A program made the translations under genes and the position numbers. A DNA stretch of 64,000 nucleotides from NCBI GenBank assembly GCA_037447605.1, contig CM074815.1, positions 868,001 to 932,000 of the forward strand, written 5' to 3'. The notes below the pieces were generated by a model. The model was not told the DNA's origin. It ran no database searches and worked only from the letters and a program-made list of their open reading frames with translations. Positions 61,699 to 64,000 of this stretch are shown in pieces. Positions within the stretch are counted from its first letter, which is position 1. The number at the start of each line of letters is the position of its first letter. Source of the stretch: Zygnema circumcarinatum SAG 698-1b. Lineage: Eukaryota > Plantae > Zygnematophyceae.

Positions 61699-62464
61699 CT
61701 GCCACAAGCATGCAAACATGGAACTCAGAAGCAATCAGCCGCCCTTCCTTCTCAGAGTCAAGGGCAAACAGATACCTTTCCTACAACCGTCCGAGAGAAC
61801 GACTGTGGGTCGCAGCTTAGAAGCTCCGGCTTGTACTATGAACCCAGGGGGGACCCGATAAGAAGGGGATTTATCTATCTCGATCAGAAGGATTTTAGGG
61901 AGGCCACGAAGGCTTGACAAGCTCCATGGGAAGGCTCAGTCCACTCTAAAGAGATTTTTCAAAAGGCATACAAGCTCGTCTGAAGCGCAAAGGTTTTGGC
62001 TGCCTTTGTTTGGAAGACTGGTAAGGACGTTCATTACTTTCCGCATAAGTAAAGCATAAAAACATGAAGTTACATAAACATGGTGCATGCCTTACTTTTG
62101 CAGGTACAATACCCACTTGACACTGAGGAATTCAACATCGTGAATGATTCTAAGACTATTCCCGCCGCTTTCTTATAAAGAAATGAAAAGGAGATTTAGG
62201 TACAAAAGCGCAAGGAAAAGAGGAAAAAATTGTGAACACAGGAGCTCCAAAAATGCCCGATATTTGTTCCTTCTCAAACAGCCGAGCAACGTTCGCCGAA
62301 TCAGCTTGCATACAAGAACGTATGACTCTTTTGTCAAACTTCAGTTCCAGGGGTTTCAAATTCAACAGACTGCCTCTACCCGCATGTATTTCTGCTCACC
62401 TTATCATGCCAGATAAATTCTTCGATGAGCGCAAGAGAGACACAGGCGAGGGAGGGAGGGAGGG

Positions 62465-64000
<1,536 letters not shown>

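Overview
Eukaryotic, intron-rich nuclear DNA from a plant-lineage organism, most likely a streptophyte green alga (inferred from gene content and style, not verifiable here). 1-11.5 kb is an LTR-retrotransposon nest: a Copia element (151-10870, GAGAC target-site duplication) inserted into a minus-strand Ty3/Gypsy element and apparently itself interrupted by a chromodomain-bearing Gypsy. 12.9-44.1 kb is gene-dense: folate/FAD carrier FOLT1, plastid pyruvate dehydrogenase E2 (LTA2), a DPH4-like DnaJ/CSL protein, an uncharacterised probably plastid protein, three tandem potato-inhibitor-I genes and a peroxisomal-type polyamine oxidase. A second copy of the host Gypsy family (44672-50710, GCCC TSD) separates PAO from SF3B1 (51623-58332). 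After SF3B1 come a (TTTTTAGGG)14 interstitial telomere-like array inside a ~25-bp direct duplication, the 3' exons of an FLN1-like gene and a ~1.5-kb GA tract. All seven 10-N gaps fall inside LTR elements, so their internal layout partly depends on scaffolding. Most interesting: the T5AG3 array that looks like a telomerase-healed break, a textbook -1 frameshift signal followed by an unexplained ~170-aa pre-protease domain in the chromovirus, a single Copia insertion with two very different LTRs, Gag ORFs that start in the LTR and read through the PBS in two unrelated families, and a protease-inhibitor cluster with divergent P1 residues and apparent signal-peptide loss.
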